From NCBI GenBank assembly GCA_020634245.1, contig JACKCC010000007.1, positions 484,555 through 548,554 on the forward strand: 64,000 nucleotides of DNA, read 5' to 3'. The notes under the pieces are model-generated. The model was not told where the DNA came from. It did no database searches and saw nothing but the letters and a program-made list of their open reading frames with translations. A program made the translations under genes and the position numbers. This DNA comes from Ardenticatenaceae bacterium. GTDB taxonomy: Bacteria > Chloroflexota > Anaerolineae > Promineifilales > Promineifilaceae. This document shows, piece after piece, positions 9,121 through 17,573 of the stretch (its first letter is position 1; every line of letters begins with the position of its first letter).

Positions 9121-10308
9121 TTAATCCTTTTCGACCCACTTCTTCATGATAACTTGCAAATAGCGCGTGTATCCGGGTGTGTCGTACAATGCCAGGGCCG
9201 CTTCCTCTAAATCAAATGGTTCTTCGGAGTTCAGAATCCCTTGCAGGTAAGCGGCGTCGCAGCGTTTGACCGCTTCCTGGAACGGTTTTTCGTCTTTGAT
9301 GGCCAACAAAACGGGAGCCATAGCCAATGTTTTGGCCTTGAGAGTGCGGATGACCTGGGCCTGCCGGGCAGCCAGCATGATGGCATTGATGCTGTTTTTG
9401 GAAATGTCGGGATTTGTCGTTTGATATTTCTCGGCCAGGTTGTCGATGAGATTGCGCCAGCGAATGGTTTGCGGCTGCTCTTGGTCGAGACTGGTGACAA
9501 TATCTTTCAGGATTAGAAAGCGAATAGTAGCGGGGACAACCCGCATTCTCTGTTTTTTGAGGACACTCCGATAGCGCAGGTGTAACGGCCGTACCTCAGG
9601 TTCTTTGATGGGTGCGGTCACATAGGTGGTACTGTCTTCTTGCTCTAACCGTACAATATGTGGAAACCGGGCCAGGAACTGGCGAAAATTCTTTTCCGGA
9701 TAAGACGATTTATCAAAAGTGCCCCGGCTGTTTTCTTGCATCCGCTGGCTCAAAACACTGGCACGAACCCTTTGTTCTTCTTTCAACAGGGCATCCAAAG
9801 TGCGCACCAGCAAATCTTCAATTTGCGGCTCCGTCAATTCCTGTGAGGGTATCAGGTTTTCATAATACAAATATTCATCACAGAGTTCGGCGAAACTGGC
9901 ACTGGTAGCCGATTGGACGCCTACGCCAATGACACGTTTGCCACGTTTCCGCAAAGTCTGTACCAGTGGCGTAAAGTCCCGATCACCGGTCATGAGAACG
10001 TAGGTGCTGTACTGTCGGTTTTCGACCAACGTTTCCATGGCGTCCACAACAATTTGCATATCGGCGACGTTTTTGCTGAAACTGTTAAGGCGAACAGAGG
10101 ATTGCGTATTAAATCCAGCGGCAGCCAAATCCTGCATAATCTTGGTGCTTTGCCGCCAGTCACCATAGGAACGGCGCAGAACAATACGGCCGTTAGTCAG
10201 CTCTTTGATTTTGTTGAGGATTAAATTGATATCGAAGTCGAGGTTGATTTGCTTGGCTCCGATGACCAGATTGTCTAAATCCAAAAAGATGGCGATGTCA
10301 TTACTCAT
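9121..10308 (-). CDS. NYN (LabA-like) domain protein with a C-terminal extension
   Basis: IAIFLDLDNL ... RSYGDW ... LMTGDRDFTPLVQTLRKRGKRVIGVG is the canonical NYN/DUF88 signature. Confidence 0.75.
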   Translation of the reverse strand: MSNDIAIFLDLDNLVIGAKQINLDFDINLILNKIKELTNGRIVLRRSYGDWRQSTKIMQDLAAAGFNTQSSVRLNSFSKNVADMQIVVDAMETLVENRQYSTYVLMTGDRDFTPLVQTLRKRGKRVIGVGVQSATSASFAELCDEYLYYENLIPSQELTEPQIEDLLVRTLDALLKEEQRVRASVLSQRMQENSRGTFDKSSYPEKNFRQFLARFPHIVRLEQEDSTTYVTAPIKEPEVRPLHLRYRSVLKKQRMRVVPATIRFLILKDIVTSLDQEQPQTIRWRNLIDNLAEKYQTTNPDISKNSINAIMLAARQAQVIRTLKAKTLAMAPVLLAIKDEKPFQEAVKRCDAAYLQGILNSEEPFDLEEAALALYDTPGYTRYLQVIMKKWVEKD

Positions 10309-10386
10309 GTGGATGAACTCATTGAGGCAGTTTCACCTTTTCCGAATTGTTAAGGCAATTCTACAGGAATCATTAATTGGCGCAAT

Positions 10387-10441
10387 TGTTTCCCGTGAAA
10401 CATTCGTCATCTTTTACTGGCAAAATGTTTCCCGTGAAACA
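10387..10441. promoter_or_regulatory. Two copies of the palindromic operator-like site TGTTTCCCGTGAAACA
   Basis: Identical 16-mers at 10387-10402 and 10426-10441. Each is an inverted repeat TGTTTC-N4-GAAACA. They sit in the intergenic region upstream of the minus-strand NYN gene. Confidence 0.45.
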
Positions 10442-10472
10442 CGGGACGGCCGGGATTTTTGTTAATGATAAG

Positions 10473-10532
10473 TGCCAGGCACAGGGCTTCAAGTCTGGCG
10501 TGAACCAGGTCGTTTCGCCCTGTGCCTGGCAC
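10473..10532. repeat. Long perfect hairpin (16-bp stem)
   Basis: GTGCCAGGCACAGGGC ...28-nt loop... GCCCTGTGCCTGGCAC. Confidence 0.6.
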
Positions 10533-10726
10533 TATTAGCCCGCCATTGACAGGCCGGATTACGAAAGTCTGCCAGACTTTTGTAATCTTTGTCGGTAACA
10601 ACAAAAACCGCACGCATGTAGGACGGCCGTACCAGTTTGCCATTCGCTCAAAGCATGTTACCATAATATCTGCGACGTTATGTCGTTAAAGATATGTCAA
10701 CCTGGCGTAGTAACCGGAGGTAGACG

Positions 10727-11353
10727 ATGGATCGATTCAAGAAAATGAAGCCCTGGCAGGCATTCAAAACCTTTGCCATCCTGTTTTCGTTTGTTATGAA
10801 TTTGGTGTTGTTGATTGTGCTTCTCCTGGTGGCTCCGTTGATTATTCCCATTGTCAGCGACATAGCCAATCCGATTGTGGGCGGCCTAAACGACAGTTTT
10901 GTGGATATGAGCGAGGCGACCATTTCCCGTACCATTGAAGTCAATGACGAGATGGGCATTGCCTTTACCTTGCCCCTATCGACAACAACCAATGTGCTTG
11001 TTGTGGAGAGCGTGCCTCTGGAAGGCATTCCAGCCCAGTTTGTCCTGCCCAACGGCGGCGGCTCTATCAATGGGCAAGTCTTCCTCAGCTTGCCACAAGG
11101 GTTAGAACTGCCGGTTCAATTGGCGTTGGATGTACCGGTAGATCAAACGATTCCGGTGAATCTGGCTGTTGATGTTGATATTCCCTTGAGCGAAACGGAG
11201 TTGGGTGGTCCCTTTAATAAATTGCACTCCTTGTTCGCGCCATTGGCTGGACTGTTGGGCGGCCTGCCTAATAGCAATCAAGAGCTGATTGACCGGGTTT
11301 TAGGCCAGGCTCCAGAAGCGGTTGAACCAACGGCCGTAGAATCATACCCTTGA
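10727..11353 (+). CDS. Hypothetical membrane-anchored protein
   Basis: GGAGG RBS 6 nt upstream of the ATG. N-terminal TM helix. No recognisable domain. Confidence 0.55.
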   Translation: MDRFKKMKPWQAFKTFAILFSFVMNLVLLIVLLLVAPLIIPIVSDIANPIVGGLNDSFVDMSEATISRTIEVNDEMGIAFTLPLSTTTNVLVVESVPLEGIPAQFVLPNGGGSINGQVFLSLPQGLELPVQLALDVPVDQTIPVNLAVDVDIPLSETELGGPFNKLHSLFAPLAGLLGGLPNSNQELIDRVLGQAPEAVEPTAVESYP

Positions 11354-11374
11354 ATAGATAACGAGTGATTAGCC

Positions 11375-12271
11375 TTGACTGATGCTCCCCCCGTTTGTGA
11401 TTATGAAGGCTCTGATTACCGCACCCGATTTTGGGAGGGGCAGGGGCGGGATTATGAAGACCAGGTAGAACGCATCGCTTTGCGCCGTTTGATGCCGCCA
11501 ACCGGTTCGACATTGATTGAAATCGGTGCTGGCTTTGGCCGGTTGGCCGATGAATACATCGGCTATGACCAGGTTGTCCTATTTGATTATTCTCGTTCCT
11601 TGCTGCGTGAAGCGCAGGCTCATTTAGGTAACGATACCCGATTTATTTTTGTGGCCGGCAACTGGTATAACATGCCCTTTGTCTCCGGTTTGTTTGAGAC
11701 GATGGTGCAGATTCGTACTCTACACCATGCTGCTGATGCCCCGGCATTGTTTCGTGAACTGGCACGCATTGCCCGGCCTGATGGTCAGTATATTCTGGAA
11801 TTTGCCAACAAGTTGAATCTTAAGGCGATTCTGCGGTATTGGGCTAAGCGACAAAAATGGTCGCCCTTTGCACTAGAGCCGATTGAATTTGTTGATTTGA
11901 ATTTTGATTTTCATCCCCGTTGGATTCGGCAAGAATTGGCGGCTGCCAGATTTAGGCCAGGACGTATGCTGACGGTGTCGCATTACCGGATTGCCTTGTT
12001 GAAGCGATTGCTGCCAACCCGCTTGTTGGTGGGGATGGACGCGCTGGCACAGTGGACGGGTAATTGGTGGCAGTTGTCACCCAGTGTGTTTGTGTCTAAT
12101 GCGCATTTAGAGGGTGGGGGAACGGCCGTTCCCCATACATTCTTTGCCTGCCCAACTTGTAAAACCGCACTGGATGAGGTGACCAACAATCGATTGATCT
12201 GCCCTAATCCTGCCTGTGGTTACCAATGGGCAGTGGAGGATGGGCTTTACGATTTTAAAGAACCGGTGTGA
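11375..12271 (+). CDS. Class I SAM-dependent methyltransferase with a C-terminal Trm112-like zinc ribbon
   Basis: LIEIGAGFGRL is a glycine-rich SAM motif. C-terminal CPTC...CPNPAC motif. TTG start. Confidence 0.65.
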   Translation: MTDAPPVCDYEGSDYRTRFWEGQGRDYEDQVERIALRRLMPPTGSTLIEIGAGFGRLADEYIGYDQVVLFDYSRSLLREAQAHLGNDTRFIFVAGNWYNMPFVSGLFETMVQIRTLHHAADAPALFRELARIARPDGQYILEFANKLNLKAILRYWAKRQKWSPFALEPIEFVDLNFDFHPRWIRQELAAARFRPGRMLTVSHYRIALLKRLLPTRLLVGMDALAQWTGNWWQLSPSVFVSNAHLEGGGTAVPHTFFACPTCKTALDEVTNNRLICPNPACGYQWAVEDGLYDFKEPV

Positions 12272-12387
12272 CAAGCCAATTGTTGTTACTTTTTCCGTAA
12301 GGTTGCCGCTCTAAAATAACTTTCGAAGCGTTTGTAGTGGAAGCTAAATAGATCTGTGTGATAGCCGGAAACGCAAGAAAGGTAAAA

Positions 12388-12543
12388 ATGAGCAAGGAAC
12401 AAAACAGTACGCTTGGTCAAGGGCTGGTTGAATATGCCTTGATTCTTGGGCTGGTGGTTATCATAGTAGTGGTCGTGGTTTCGCTGCTTGGCCCTCAGGT
12501 TGGTAATATGTTTAGTCAGGTAACTGGCGGATTCTCCAGCTAA
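12388..12543 (+). CDS. Flp/Fap family type IVb pilin
   Basis: MSKEQNSTLGQGLVEYALILGLVVIIVVVVV... carries the G/xxxxEY prepilin motif and a hydrophobic stretch. 52 aa. Confidence 0.7.
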   Translation: MSKEQNSTLGQGLVEYALILGLVVIIVVVVVSLLGPQVGNMFSQVTGGFSS

Positions 12544-12579
12544 TATTTTCTTTTGATTTCAACTTTATTTATCTATTTG

Positions 12580-12618
12580 GGACTCTCCTATCACATATTG
12601 ATGGGAGAGTTTTTTGTT
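12580..12618 (+). terminator. Rho-independent terminator after the Flp pilin gene
   Basis: GGGACTCTCC-loop-GGGAGAG followed by TTTTTT. Confidence 0.5.
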
Positions 12619-12638
12619 GGTTGCGTTATAATGGAACT

Positions 12639-13475
12639 ATGTCCGACGAATATAGTTATGTAAACTCTACTGCACCCTTCCTGAAATGGGCTGGCGGCAA
12701 ACAGCGTCTGTTGACTCAGTATCAGCCTTTTTTCCCCACTGCCGACGCCATCGGGCATTATTTTGAGCCATTTATTGGCAGTGCTGCGGTCTTCTTTCAG
12801 CAGCAGTACCCGGTTGCCACCTTGTCCGACCAAAATGGGAAGCTCATTGAGGTGTATCAACAGGTGCGGGATGACTTGGACCAAGTATTTGAGGCATTGG
12901 CGCCACACCGGAATGAGCCTGATTATTATTACGAGGTTCGCTCCCAGAACCCGGTAGATTTGGTTCCCGCCGAGCGAGCGGCCCGCCTGATTTATTTGAA
13001 CAAGACCTGTTATAACGGGTTGTATCGTGAAAACAGCAAAGGGGAGTTTAATGTTCCTTTTGGCCGGTACAAGAACCCGAAAATTTGTGACGAAGTCCGA
13101 CTGCGGGCGGCGTCGGCGGCTTTGCGGGGCGTCAATCTGAAGGTGGCTGATTTTGCCGAGGCGGTGGCAACGGCCGTTGCCAATGATTTCGTTTATTTTG
13201 ACCCGCCATACGTTCCCTTAAGTCCAACCAGCAGTTTTACCAATTACCACAAAAATGGATTTGGTCAGGCCGATCAGGAACGATTGGCAGATGTAGTGGC
13301 TGAATTGACAAAGCGCAATGTGATGGTTATGTTAAGCAACTCCAGCGCGCCGTTGGTTTATGAGTTGTACGGCCGTTCCTCCTATCGAATCATCGACATT
13401 CAAGCCCGGCGCAATATCAACAGCAAAGCCGGCCAGCGGGGGCCGGTAAAAGAACTGCTCATCCTAAATTATTGA
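12639..13475 (+). CDS. Dam-class (D12) N6-adenine DNA methyltransferase, apparently solitary
   Basis: PFLKWAGGKQRLL (motif I-like) and YFDPPY (motif IV). A perfect TATAAT at 12627-12632 lies 6 nt before the ATG, suggesting a leaderless mRNA. Confidence 0.8.
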   Translation: MSDEYSYVNSTAPFLKWAGGKQRLLTQYQPFFPTADAIGHYFEPFIGSAAVFFQQQYPVATLSDQNGKLIEVYQQVRDDLDQVFEALAPHRNEPDYYYEVRSQNPVDLVPAERAARLIYLNKTCYNGLYRENSKGEFNVPFGRYKNPKICDEVRLRAASAALRGVNLKVADFAEAVATAVANDFVYFDPPYVPLSPTSSFTNYHKNGFGQADQERLADVVAELTKRNVMVMLSNSSAPLVYELYGRSSYRIIDIQARRNINSKAGQRGPVKELLILNY

Positions 13476-13532
13476 AGCAGCCAGGGAAATTTCCTCTAGC
13501 TCAATCCCCTCGCTCTCGCTAAACTTACACCT

Positions 13533-15257
13533 ATGCGACGATATATTTTACTGATTTTTGTGTTGTTAACGGCCGTATCGAGTGCAACGGCCGTTACCGC
13601 TTCCGAACCACAATCCCCATCGGCAGCCGGAACTGACTGGCGTTTTGGCGTGATTGAAAGTTACGAATCACCAGGCGATGCTGGCACGCTGGGCGCTTCC
13701 TGGACCCGCGTCCAATTTCATTGGGCCAAAACCCAGCCCAACGGCTCCGGCGAATGGCTGCCACAAGTGAGCGATGCCCAAATCAATGGCGAAATCAGTG
13801 CCGGGCGTTTGGTCACCGGGCTGCTTATTGGCATTCCTGGCTGGGCGCAAGATGAAAATGGGCTGCCACGTGGCCTTTGGCTGCCGTACGATGATCCCAA
13901 CAACACCTGGGCTGTTTTTGTCCGTGATGCTGTCAGTCGTTACCAGGGCCGCATCGATCATTGGGTGATTTGGAATGAACCGGACATCAGTGCCGGAGCG
14001 GTGGCTCACACCTGGAACGGCTCGGTACGTGATTTCTTCCAACTGCAACGCACGGCCTATCTGGCGGCCAAAGCAGTCAATCCGAACGCTGTCATTCATT
14101 TGTCGGCCTTCACTTATTTTTGGGATCCGGGCTATTTCAACCGCTTTTTGGATGAAGTTGTGGCTGATCCGGGCGCGGCTGAACACAATTATTATTTTGA
14201 CGTCGCCACCGCCCATCTTTACTTCCAGCCTAACAGTATTTATGACATCATTCAATCCTTTTATGGGGCGATGGGCGGGCATGGCATGTGGAAACCGATC
14301 TGGTTGATGGAATCGAATGCGCCGCCAATCAATGACCCGGAATGGCCGGTTTCGAACTGGACGTTGTCGGTGACTCTGGATGAACAGGCGGCGTTTATGC
14401 CCCAGATGATGGCGTCGGCGCTGGCGGCGGGGGCGCAGCGGATTGCCGTGTTCAAGTTGAAGGACACGGCCGATGATCGAGCGGCCAATCCGGAACCGTT
14501 TGGGTTAATTAGCATGAACGGCCGTCGCCGGCCAGCGTTTACCACCTATCAAGTCGGTATGCGTTATCTGGCAGGCATGACGGGCGCTTCCCGTGAACGC
14601 TGGAATGAGGTGGGGCAAGTCCGCATCGAGCAAGGCGAGCAGACGACGACGGTCTTGTTTTCGCGGCTGCCTGCCCCGCAGCAGGCTCAGGTGGTGGCTG
14701 CATCAAGCACTGCCGTTTTGGTAGATATGTGGGGAGCGCGGCGCACAATAACGGCCGTAGACGGCGTATTTACGGTTGATTTGCCGGGAGCGATTTGCAG
14801 CCAGTCTATTGGCGATTACTGCATGATTGGCGGATCCGTTTATTATTTGGTGCAGGGTGCAGGCGGAAGTCTGCCGGATGCACCGCCCGGACCGGCTCCG
14901 GCTGTGCCGCCGCCAGCACAAGAGGCGACAACGGAAACAACGGCCGCTGCCACAACTGCACCGACGCCATCACCCACCAACACACCGACGCCCACGTCCT
15001 CCCCGACGGTGACGGCCACGAAAACGGCCATGCCTACCAGGACGCCATCGCCTACGTATACCGCGACGGCTACGGCAACGGCTACGGCCGTACCTACCGA
15101 CACACCGACTGTTACGCCACCACCAACGCCCACGAGTACGGCCGTTTCTCAGCCAGCCGCCAGCCGCCAGTCAAAAACTACCAGTTACTGGTTCTTCGGC
15201 GGCGCGATACTGGTGGCATTGGGATTAGGGGGCTGGTGGTGGCGTAACGGCCGTTGA
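13533..15257 (+). CDS. Secreted GH-A clan (GH5-like) TIM-barrel glycoside hydrolase with a Pro/Thr-rich linker and C-terminal TM plus basic anchor
   Basis: Signal peptide. VIWNEPD resembles the NEP acid/base motif. The C-terminus has a PTPT-rich stretch then YWFFGGAILVALGLGGWWWRNGR. Confidence 0.6.
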   Translation: MRRYILLIFVLLTAVSSATAVTASEPQSPSAAGTDWRFGVIESYESPGDAGTLGASWTRVQFHWAKTQPNGSGEWLPQVSDAQINGEISAGRLVTGLLIGIPGWAQDENGLPRGLWLPYDDPNNTWAVFVRDAVSRYQGRIDHWVIWNEPDISAGAVAHTWNGSVRDFFQLQRTAYLAAKAVNPNAVIHLSAFTYFWDPGYFNRFLDEVVADPGAAEHNYYFDVATAHLYFQPNSIYDIIQSFYGAMGGHGMWKPIWLMESNAPPINDPEWPVSNWTLSVTLDEQAAFMPQMMASALAAGAQRIAVFKLKDTADDRAANPEPFGLISMNGRRRPAFTTYQVGMRYLAGMTGASRERWNEVGQVRIEQGEQTTTVLFSRLPAPQQAQVVAASSTAVLVDMWGARRTITAVDGVFTVDLPGAICSQSIGDYCMIGGSVYYLVQGAGGSLPDAPPGPAPAVPPPAQEATTETTAAATTAPTPSPTNTPTPTSSPTVTATKTAMPTRTPSPTYTATATATATAVPTDTPTVTPPPTPTSTAVSQPAASRQSKTTSYWFFGGAILVALGLGGWWWRNGR

Positions 15258-15417
15258 ATCTTTTTGCTAGGGTGGCCCATAACACTTTCTAACCAATTTT
15301 GAACTATTTGTAACGGTGGCCCATTGTATACTTGGATAAAATGTGTGAATGAAACGTGAAGACTTTTCTCACGGATATAAATTGTATGAAATGATATTTC
15401 AAAGGAGTTGTGAAAAG

Positions 15418-16155
15418 ATGAAAAGAAAAGCAGGTATTATTTTGATGGTAGCGATGGCTTTGGTATTGGTGACGGCCGTTGCTTATGCTATTACTATCAC
15501 AATTGATGGTGTACGTGAAGTAGCATGGGATGGAGGTGGTAGTGTAACCGATCCTAACGAGGCTGGCGTGACAAATGATGGCTTCGATGTCGATGTAATT
15601 GAGTGGACAAATGATACTAGCAATTTTTACATTTTGCTCAGCACATATGCCGCAACAGGTTGGAACACAAATAATGGGCCTGATTTTCCCTACGTTTATT
15701 TTTGTATGAATACGGACGGCCTTGCTTCAGGAACAGCTAATATTTGTGTTAATGGAGCAGGTGGATATGACCGTTATATAAGAATTGCAGGACCTACTCC
15801 ATTAACTGTTACCGTATTTGATCAAAACTTCAATACAATTGCGGCGACAACTGATGTTGCAACGGTAGGGAGTATCACAGAGATTAGCATCGATGTAACT
15901 TCTTTGGGCTTATCGACTGGGGTTTGCGGCGCGATGCCGTCCAGTGCTTATTTTGATGGCCGTACCGGTGATCCGGATGATAATGTGCAAGATGCTGGCG
16001 ATTTTAATATGAATTGCGGTAATCCAACGGCCGTTTCTTTGCATAACGCGACTGCCTCTGGTCCATCAGCGGTTCTGCCCTTTGCTTTGGGTGCATTTGG
16101 TTTGATTGCTGTCAGCACCGGGCTGGTCATTAGCCGTAAGCGTAAGAACGCTTAA
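15418..16155 (+). CDS. Secreted hypothetical protein with C-terminal TM plus RKRK anchor, encoded in a low-GC region
   Basis: AAAGGAG RBS. Signal peptide MKRKAGIILMVAMALVLVTAVAYA. The gene and its upstream region are visibly AT-richer than their neighbours. Confidence 0.6.
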   Translation: MKRKAGIILMVAMALVLVTAVAYAITITIDGVREVAWDGGGSVTDPNEAGVTNDGFDVDVIEWTNDTSNFYILLSTYAATGWNTNNGPDFPYVYFCMNTDGLASGTANICVNGAGGYDRYIRIAGPTPLTVTVFDQNFNTIAATTDVATVGSITEISIDVTSLGLSTGVCGAMPSSAYFDGRTGDPDDNVQDAGDFNMNCGNPTAVSLHNATASGPSAVLPFALGAFGLIAVSTGLVISRKRKNA

Positions 16156-16277
16156 TTAGCCAGATTGTTACGATAGATTTACCAAAGAGGGTGGCTCGCA
16201 AGGCCGCCCTCTTTTTTTGTCTGAATGAGGAGTGAAAGGGGCTTGTATACGGCCGTTAATTCGTGTACCCTCTTCCC

Positions 16278-17573
16278 ATGAAACAGTTCGCCGTTTATTT
16301 GTTTTTATGCCTTTTGTTTTTTGGGGTACGGCCGGATGTACAGGCCCAATCGTTTACGCCCGCCATCATCCACAATGAAGCGGCTGTCCAATTTCCCGAC
16401 CAGGTAACATTTCAACTGGAACTTGATGGAGAGGTGGCCGATGCTGTTCTGACTTATGATGTGGTTCAAGTAAGCTGTCTGGAAGCCGATTCCCAAGTCC
16501 CCGTTGAGATTGATGGCAATCAGGCCGAATGGACCTGGGTTATGAGCCGCTCCGGGAATCCGCCGCCGGGGGCTGTTGTGTGGTGGGCGTGGACGCTGAC
16601 CGATGCTGCTGGCAACACTTTCACCACCCCACGCCAGACCATCACCTTGACCGATGATCGTTTTGAATGGCGTACCGTAACGGCCGAAAATATTCGCCTG
16701 AACTGGTATCGGGGGGATGAAGTCGGGCCGCTGCTGCTAGATGCAGCCGTTGCCGGTCTGCACCAACTGCAAGATGAAATGGGCATCCAACTGCAAACGG
16801 AAGTCCAGTTTTACATTTATGGCAGTTCTCAGGATATGCGCGATGCGGTTTTGTACATTCAGGATTGGGCCGGGGGTGTAGCTTTCAGCGAATACAACAC
16901 CATCTTGATGGGCGTACCGCCCAATATTGCCGCCGATTGGGGGCGAACGACCGTGCGGCATGAATTGGCCCATCTGGTCATTGGCCAATTTGGCCGCAGC
17001 TGCGTAGGTGGGCACCGTCCCACCTGGCTTAATGAAGGATTGGCCGTTTATGCCGAAGGCGAACCGGACAGCGGTACACTGGCCGACATCGAAAATGGCA
17101 TCCGCAGCAATCAATTTGAACCGCTGCGCAGTCTCAATGGCGCGTTCCCGGCCCACGATGCGGCGGCCAGCATGGCTTACAGCCAGAGCTACAGCGTCGT
17201 CGATTTTATGTTGTCAGCTTACGGGCAGGAGAAAATGCAGGATTTGATTTTGACACTGGCCGATGGCCAAGGGTATGATGAGGCGTTGGAACAGGTATAC
17301 GGGATGAATGTCGATGGTTTGGAGACGGCCTGGCGGTCGGCGATCGGCGCGCCGCCGCGCCAAATCCCGCCAGCACCGACACCATTGTCAGCCGCCAGCG
17401 TGCCAACGGCCGTTCCCATTGGCGCCCCGGTCAGTGTTCCCACACCGCCGGCCGCTGCCGCCCCGCCGCCGGAGACAAAATCTAAGTCAATCAGCATTTG
17501 TGGCATGGGATTGATGCCGTTGTTATTGGTTACGTTTGTTTTCAAGCGCCGCCGCTACCCGACTTATGACTAA
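16278..17573 (+). CDS. Secreted zincin-like metallopeptidase (peptidase MA-like, HExxH) with a C-terminal TM plus KRRR anchor
   Basis: VRHELAHLV ... NEGLAVYAE are zincin motifs. Signal peptide present. The C-terminus ends LLLVTFVFKRRRYPTYD. Confidence 0.65.
   Translation: MKQFAVYLFLCLLFFGVRPDVQAQSFTPAIIHNEAAVQFPDQVTFQLELDGEVADAVLTYDVVQVSCLEADSQVPVEIDGNQAEWTWVMSRSGNPPPGAVVWWAWTLTDAAGNTFTTPRQTITLTDDRFEWRTVTAENIRLNWYRGDEVGPLLLDAAVAGLHQLQDEMGIQLQTEVQFYIYGSSQDMRDAVLYIQDWAGGVAFSEYNTILMGVPPNIAADWGRTTVRHELAHLVIGQFGRSCVGGHRPTWLNEGLAVYAEGEPDSGTLADIENGIRSNQFEPLRSLNGAFPAHDAAASMAYSQSYSVVDFMLSAYGQEKMQDLILTLADGQGYDEALEQVYGMNVDGLETAWRSAIGAPPRQIPPAPTPLSAASVPTAVPIGAPVSVPTPPAAAAPPPETKSKSISICGMGLMPLLLVTFVFKRRRYPTYD

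Noticed and set aside
14795-15247. Several overlapping ORFs on both strands (for example 14843..15133 minus, 14795..15247 plus)
   Set aside because: They lie within the Pro/Thr-rich linker of the secreted hydrolase. The repetitive ACN/CCN codons create open frames on all strands.
13533-17573. LPXTG or PEP-CTERM motifs in the three anchored secreted proteins
   Set aside because: None of the three C-termini contains LPXTG or PEP immediately before the hydrophobic helix. Only the generic linker-TM-basic pattern is present, so no specific sortase class is called.
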